This document shows positions 25,747-30,759 of a stretch of DNA of 30,759 nt, one piece after another. The notes beneath the pieces are model-generated. The model did not search any database and was not told the origin of the DNA. It saw nothing but the letters and a program-made list of their open reading frames with translations. How positions within the stretch are numbered: the first letter of the stretch is position 1; each line of letters starts with the position of its first letter. The stretch spans positions 1 to 30,759 of the forward strand of contig CAZHPN010000063.1 in NCBI GenBank assembly GCA_964534375.1. The letters are read 5' to 3'. The DNA is from an uncultured bacterium (lineage in GTDB: Bacteria; Lernaellota; Lernaellaia; Lernaellales; Lernaellaceae). Position numbers and translations under genes: made by a program.

Positions 25747-27138
25747 ATGCGCGCGCACCTCATTCTGCCCCCGTTCCCGTTTTTGCGTAAGGAAAAGATC
25801 CTTCTGCTGAACCTGGCCTACCTGGCCGCGGCGGCGCCGAGCGACGTGCAATTGGCGATCTTCGACGCGAACCTGAACGAGTTGTCGCCGAAGTCGTTTG
25901 CGGCCGCGGTTGCGGGATTGGAGACCGACTTGCTGCTCTTCACCGCTCACACGTACCAAATCGGATACGCGGCACGGGCGACGCGGGCCGCGAAAGCGGC
26001 CCATCCTCGCGTGAAGGCGATCATCGGCGGTCCGCACGTTTCTGTTTTGCCTGAGGAGACATTGCGTCGCTATCCAGAATTCGACGGCGCCGCGATCGGC
26101 GAGGGCGAACCGACGCTGCGCGAAATATTCGCCGCGCTTGGGGGTGGAGAAAGTCTTGCCAGCGTCGCCGGGATGGCATATCGCGAGGACAAGCAGGTGC
26201 ATCGGACGCCCGGGCGCGACCTGCTCGATGATCTCGATTCCTTGCCCTTCCCGGCCTGGCATTACTTTGAGGTCAATCGCTACTCCGGTTTTTATCCGCT
26301 GCGCGGCACATCGATTCCCGTAATCACAGCGCGGGGCTGCCCGTACCGTTGCCGGTTCTGCGCTCGGGCGCACGGCAACCGCATGCGTTACCGCAGTGTC
26401 GAGTCGGTGCTAGCGGAGATCGAACGCGGCTTGGCCGCCGGCCATCGCACCTTCGCCTTCGTCGACGAGACTTTCACGGTTGATCGCACGCGGGCCTTGC
26501 GGATTTGCGAGCTCCTGGCAGGGCTCAGGCCGGAGCGCGCCGTCGAGTGGGTGGCGCAGACCCGCGTGGACCGCATGGACGAAGAGGTGCTCGCCGCCAT
26601 GGCGCGGGCCGGCTGCCTGGCGGTCAACGTCGGCATCGAATCGGGGGATCAGGAAGTGCTCTCTTCGCTCGGCAAGGACATCACCGTCGAGCAGATCCGG
26701 CGCGCCATTGAAATCTGCCGCCGGACGGGCATCAAGGCACTGGCCAACGTGATTCTTGGCGGGCCGCGCGAAACGCCGGCGACGCTTCGGACCACGCGCC
26801 GCCTCGTGCTTTCGCTGCGACCCGATCGATTGGCCGTCAATCAACTCGTCGCCTTTCCCGGCGCCGAATTTTACGACATGGCCCAGCGCGGCGACGCCGG
26901 GCTGCGGCTGTTGCACGAAGACTGGTCGTATTCTCATCCGCAGATGAGGTCCAATTTGCATTTTCCCGGAGTCTCGCAGCGGCGCATATCCTGGGCGCAA
27001 TTTTACCTCTATTGCCGCTTCTATATCTGGAACGCCCATCTCGGCGCCCTGCGGGGCAACGTCCGGCCGCGGTTCGTGTGGCAATATCTGCGCGGCCTGT
27101 TTCGCACGATTTTCGTCGGTCGACGCCCGACGACGTGA
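25747..27138 (+). CDS. Cobalamin-binding domain radical SAM protein
   Basis: 463 aa with an AAGGA RBS. GGPHVS, IGEGEPT, LDSLPFP, TARGCPYRCRFC, RYRSVESV..EI, FVDETF, GIESG. Confidence 0.92.
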   Translation: MRAHLILPPFPFLRKEKILLLNLAYLAAAAPSDVQLAIFDANLNELSPKSFAAAVAGLETDLLLFTAHTYQIGYAARATRAAKAAHPRVKAIIGGPHVSVLPEETLRRYPEFDGAAIGEGEPTLREIFAALGGGESLASVAGMAYREDKQVHRTPGRDLLDDLDSLPFPAWHYFEVNRYSGFYPLRGTSIPVITARGCPYRCRFCARAHGNRMRYRSVESVLAEIERGLAAGHRTFAFVDETFTVDRTRALRICELLAGLRPERAVEWVAQTRVDRMDEEVLAAMARAGCLAVNVGIESGDQEVLSSLGKDITVEQIRRAIEICRRTGIKALANVILGGPRETPATLRTTRRLVLSLRPDRLAVNQLVAFPGAEFYDMAQRGDAGLRLLHEDWSYSHPQMRSNLHFPGVSQRRISWAQFYLYCRFYIWNAHLGALRGNVRPRFVWQYLRGLFRTIFVGRRPTT

Positions 27139-27181
27139 CGTGGACCGCGCCCGCTGGGCGCCGGGCGGCGGACGACGAACC

Positions 27182-28633
27182 TCAATAAATTTGTCGTTCC
27201 GTGATGATTCGGTAGGCGCTGCGCAGCGTTGCCCAAAGGATCCGCGGTCGGGCCAGCCGCGGCAGAATGCGGCGAATTACTGCCGGACGCAGATAAAAGC
27301 GGCGGTACGCGCGGGCGGAAAGGCGCGCCAATTCATCAAACGGCAGCGCGTCGATCGGCGGCCCGGCGCGGTCGCTCCAGGTCTGCAGCGTCATGAATTG
27401 GGCAAAATCACAGCCGAGACGGATCGCGTGACGAGCGATCCGCCGCAGATTTTCGCGCGTGTCCGCGGGGAGTCCGATCACGAAGTTGCCCACGACCTCG
27501 ATTCCCGCGGCGCGGGTCAGCGCGGCTGCGCGAAACGCCTGCTCGATCGTGCTTCCCTTGCAATTCCGATCCAGCACATTCTGCGCCGAACTTTCGAAAC
27601 CGTAGCTGATCTGGCGGCAGCCCCCTCGTCTCATCGCCGCGAGCAGTTCGGCGTCGACGTCGCCGACGCGAGTCGACGCCCGCCACGTGATCCGGAGCCC
27701 CTGCCGCTGCATCGCGTCGCAAAGCGCCAGCGTGCGCGCCCGATCGTAGGCGAAGGTCTGGTCGCGGAAAAAGACCTCACGATAACCGTCGCGCCGCACG
27801 ACTTCCTCGATCTCCGCCAGCACATATTCGATGCTGTGGCCGCGCACCCGGCGGTCGGCCCAGACAAACTGCGGGCAGAACGCACACTTCGCGTAGGGAC
27901 AGCCGCGGGAGGTGACGACCACGGTGAAGGGATAGTCACGTGAAAAGGGCGCCACGTAATCGTGCGGATTGAGCAGTTGCCGCGCCGGTCTCGGCAGCCA
28001 ATCCAGCGGCTCCAGCAGCCGGCGCGGCAAACAGTGCACGACGCCATTTGCAACATACGCGAGATTTTCGACCAGCTTGCCCTGGGCCAGATCGAGCGCC
28101 GGCTTCTCCGGCTCGCCCAGGAGGACGAAGTCAATCAATCCCGCCGGGGCAAACGCCGTTTCAGGATGAAGCGTCGCCGAAGGCCCGAAAACCGCCTCGC
28201 GAGCCGGCGGCGTCCGCGCGCGCACGGCGGCGACCATTTCCATGACTTCGCACAACGAACTGCCCGTCGTCGCCCACACGATCAAGTCCGGCGCGTAAGA
28301 ATTTGCGAATTCGACAACCCGCCGCTGCGTCAACCGCCGCGCGCTGGCATCGAGAAATTCAACGTTGATCCCGGCGCGCGACAGCACCGCATGCAAATAA
28401 AGAAATTCCATCGGCGCTGGCAGCACCGACGACGGATATTCCGAACCCGTCCAGTCGGTCAGGAAATGATGGGCCTTGCCGTTCTTGAAAACCAGCGGAT
28501 TTACCAACAACACGCGCCGTGACGGCGCAACTTCCCCGACGGCCTTGCTGTCCCAGACAACGGACAGGCGGCCCGCAGGCGCGGCGTCGACCCGGGCGCG
28601 CGTCAAGGTCGTCGATTCGTTGTCATCGTTCAC
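27182..28633 (-). CDS. Cobalamin-binding domain radical SAM protein with CX4CX2C motif (HpnJ-like resemblance)
   Basis: 483 aa, GTG start with a GGGGAG RBS. VLLVNP, FLDA, FGPSAT, LGEPE, TSRGCPYAKCAFC, FRDQTF, YGFESS, FVIGLP. Confidence 0.88.
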   Translation of the reverse strand: MNDDNESTTLTRARVDAAPAGRLSVVWDSKAVGEVAPSRRVLLVNPLVFKNGKAHHFLTDWTGSEYPSSVLPAPMEFLYLHAVLSRAGINVEFLDASARRLTQRRVVEFANSYAPDLIVWATTGSSLCEVMEMVAAVRARTPPAREAVFGPSATLHPETAFAPAGLIDFVLLGEPEKPALDLAQGKLVENLAYVANGVVHCLPRRLLEPLDWLPRPARQLLNPHDYVAPFSRDYPFTVVVTSRGCPYAKCAFCPQFVWADRRVRGHSIEYVLAEIEEVVRRDGYREVFFRDQTFAYDRARTLALCDAMQRQGLRITWRASTRVGDVDAELLAAMRRGGCRQISYGFESSAQNVLDRNCKGSTIEQAFRAAALTRAAGIEVVGNFVIGLPADTRENLRRIARHAIRLGCDFAQFMTLQTWSDRAGPPIDALPFDELARLSARAYRRFYLRPAVIRRILPRLARPRILWATLRSAYRIITERQIY

Positions 28634-28766
28634 GAATTGCTCCCCGGCCGCAGGCGATGCTCGTCAATCAGGCGGCTGGAACGGTTGCATGTCGATGGGA
28701 GTACAACGTGTGTTTCCCGGCTTCCGTTCTTGGTCCCGCGGTTCGATAGTAATGCCTTCCCGGATA

Positions 28767-29160
28767 TATTGTCACCCAGTTTCTCGTCTCCCGTAGTGCC
28801 GGCACATCGGCCCCCGTCCCACTGAAAACGATGCATTCAAAGCGGAATTGAAAAAGTTCATCGACGAGCGAGGCCGGCCGGCAGCGGATTATTGCCCGTC
28901 GTGCCACGCGCCCCTGGGCTTCGCCAAGAACCCCCGGGGGCGGTTGGGCCGGGTTTGTCCCCGATCGGCTGCCAACGGACGTTGCAACGTTCGCCGTCGG
29001 GGTCGGCTGCGTCATATGCCGCCGCGCGACGGCCGAAACGGACTTCGCGCGAATCGGAAATGCCTCGCTGACGATCCGGCCGATGTCGCGGAAGAAAGCG
29101 CGTTATCTCGACGAAGACGTGAAGAACGGCGAGCCGCGCAACAAGCGCTCGAGCGCGCCC
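28767..29160 (+). pseudogene. Decayed multiheme cytochrome c fragment homologous to 19280..21355
   Basis: One frame reads YCHPVSRLP*CRHIGPRPTENDAFKAELKKFIDERGRPAADYCPSCHAPLG with TAG at 28794-28796. After a frameshift it reads GVGCVICRR...IGNASLTIRP. The CH-to-CXXCH spacing is identical to that in the intact cytochrome. Boundaries are approximate. Confidence 0.7.
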
Positions 29161-29212
29161 GGATCGGACGGCGCGTGCGACCGCCGCAACAGGCAGGACG
29201 GCGACGTCAACA

Positions 29213-30757
29213 TTATTGGTCATACCAAGCCGGTTTCACCAGCCCGACGTAATCGGCCAGGGCCGCTTTCCGGCGGCTGGCGCGCGACGGGAGCACGCGA
29301 TCGAGCGCGTAATCCAGGCCGGCTCGCGCGCTGACCAAGAGCCACCACAGATACATCCGGCGGCGATACGCGTGGCGGGTAAAAAGGCCGCGCAGCACGC
29401 GCCCGACGCTCATCCAGCGCCGGTTCATGTCCCAGATTTTGCGTTCGAGTTCGTCGCGCGTCATCGTCGCGGTGCCCATGACCGGCGTCATCCAGTCATA
29501 CCGCGCAAAATTACGGATCTCCAGCCAGCCGCGTTCGTTCGCTTCGTCCCACATCGACGTGCCGGGCACGGGCGTCAGCGGATGAAACGCCGGGTAATCG
29601 GGGGCGAGCCGCGCCGCGTACTCGGCGACGCGGTCGAGGTCGGCCGGCGTGTCGTCGCGCAGGCCGACGATGAACGTCGTTTGCAAAAACACCGCCGGAA
29701 ATTCGCGGCGCACGCGGCGCACCGTGCGCCCGGCGAGGTCCGCGTCGATCCCGCGTTTGCGCAGCGCGGCCAGCTCGTCGGTGGCCGCGCGTTCCAGGCC
29801 GACGCAGATGTGGCGCAGGCCGCCGGCGACGAGCTTGGCGAACAGGCCGCTGTCCAGGTCACGGTCGAGATGGTCGGCCCGCATGAAGGCGAACCAGTTG
29901 ATGTCGAGCCGGCGGCGCAGCAGTTCGTCGGCGAAGCGTTCGCTCCACGCGGCGTCGGCGTTCCACACGTCGTCGACGAACACCAGGCAGCGCTTGCCGT
30001 AGCGCTCGCGCAGTTGCGTCATTTCGTCGAGCACCGGCTCGACCGACCGCGTGCGCCAGTGCGGCAGGAGTTCCTCGTGCGGCGGCAGGCCCACGCGCCG
30101 CGCCATCTGCAGCCAGCACGCGCAAAAGCGGCAACCCGACGTGCAACCGCGGCCGTGGTGAATCGTCACGCCGCCCGGCGAGAACAAATACCGCGCCTGG
30201 CCGTACCGCTCCATCGGCAGCAGGTCGTAGGCCGGGCCGGGCAGGTCGTCGAGGTTTTCGACGAGCGCGCGCGGCGCGGTGAACACGATTTGGCCGTCGC
30301 GCCGAAACGCCAAGCCCGGCACTGCGGCGAGATCGCCGCCGCCGGCGAGCGCGGCGAGCAACTCGACGAGCGTCGCCTCGCCTTCGCCGCGGACGATGAC
30401 GTCGATCGGGTAGCGCGCGAACGCGTCCGTCGCCGCATGCGTGAAATGCACGCCGCCGGCGACTGTCGCGATCTGCGGGTCGACCGTCTTGGCCAGCGCG
30501 AACACGCGGCCGCTCTCGTGGGCATAGAGCGTTTCGCTGTCGCCGGCGAGGACGACCTGCGGCCGAAAGTCGCGCAGCGCCTGCTCCAGGCTGCGCCAGC
30601 CCATTTTGAGCGGCAGGCAGTCGAGCAAACGGACCTCGTGGCCCGCGCCGCGCGCCGCCGCGCCGAGCCAAGCCAGCGCTTGCGGCAGCAGGAAATTGTC
30701 CTGTTCGTTCATGTACGGCCAGAGGTATTTCGGCGGGCGGACGAACAGGACGCGCAT
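29213..30757 (-). CDS. Cobalamin-binding domain radical SAM protein (BchE-like subgroup resemblance)
   Basis: 514 aa. MRVLFVRPP, GGVHFT, VRGEGE, GRGCTSGCRFC, FVDDVW, FIVG, and a C-terminal LTPVPGT.MW....WLEIRNFARYDWMTPVM...MTRDEL. The ATG is at the window edge, so the RBS is not visible. Confidence 0.9.
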   Translation of the reverse strand: MRVLFVRPPKYLWPYMNEQDNFLLPQALAWLGAAARGAGHEVRLLDCLPLKMGWRSLEQALRDFRPQVVLAGDSETLYAHESGRVFALAKTVDPQIATVAGGVHFTHAATDAFARYPIDVIVRGEGEATLVELLAALAGGGDLAAVPGLAFRRDGQIVFTAPRALVENLDDLPGPAYDLLPMERYGQARYLFSPGGVTIHHGRGCTSGCRFCACWLQMARRVGLPPHEELLPHWRTRSVEPVLDEMTQLRERYGKRCLVFVDDVWNADAAWSERFADELLRRRLDINWFAFMRADHLDRDLDSGLFAKLVAGGLRHICVGLERAATDELAALRKRGIDADLAGRTVRRVRREFPAVFLQTTFIVGLRDDTPADLDRVAEYAARLAPDYPAFHPLTPVPGTSMWDEANERGWLEIRNFARYDWMTPVMGTATMTRDELERKIWDMNRRWMSVGRVLRGLFTRHAYRRRMYLWWLLVSARAGLDYALDRVLPSRASRRKAALADYVGLVKPAWYDQ

Positions 30758-30759
30758 CT

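Noticed and set aside
28848..29252. ORF 28848..29252 as a small monoheme cytochrome
   Set aside because: No signal peptide. Homology continues upstream through a stop codon and downstream in another frame, so a pseudogene explains it better.
1..30757. RiPP cluster interpretation (SPASM and B12 radical SAM maturases)
   Set aside because: No short ORF with a convincing RBS and precursor-like composition, and no RRE/PqqD domain, peptidase or exporter was seen. It cannot be excluded outside the window or below the ORF size cut-off.
29213..30757. Naming this gene bchE, or naming 27182..28633 hpnJ and 8656..9975 tes
   Set aside because: The resemblance is family-level only. No photosynthesis or hopanoid core genes are in the window, and the Tes-like protein lacks one cluster motif.
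1..30759. CRISPR array, rRNA, intact tRNA, cobalamin riboswitch
   Set aside because: No regularly spaced direct repeats, no full cloverleaf and no recognisable B12-box in the intergenic gaps by eye. An Rfam/Infernal scan would be needed to be certain.

Overview
High-GC bacterial DNA with 17 full-length or near full-length CDSs, plus one gene cut by the left edge, and no housekeeping genes. It is a dense cluster of paralogous families. There are eight radical SAM genes: four cobalamin-binding type, two SPASM/twitch type, a truncated third SPASM/twitch gene at the left edge, and one resembling the MJ0619/Tes family with an N-terminal Cys3His metal site. There are also four membrane-anchored YncE-like beta-propeller proteins (two paralog pairs), three GT-C-fold membrane glycosyltransferase-like proteins, a GT2 polyprenol-phosphate sugar synthase-like enzyme, a UbiA-family prenyltransferase, a membrane-anchored multiheme cytochrome c and a membrane-bound spermidine-synthase-fold protein. 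My reading, which is inference, is an uncharacterised cell-envelope lipid or glycoconjugate tailoring locus. The intergenic gaps hide decayed relics that the ORF track splits: a frameshifted IS1634-like transposase fragment, an internally deleted IS630-like fragment, a pseudogenised multiheme cytochrome homologous to the intact one, and a 22-bp tRNA-3'-end-like (att-like) sequence. Several genes have their own sigma70-like promoter, including a back-to-back divergent pair. I saw no CRISPR array, rRNA, intact tRNA or convincing RiPP precursor. All family calls come from motif recognition by eye; no database search was run.
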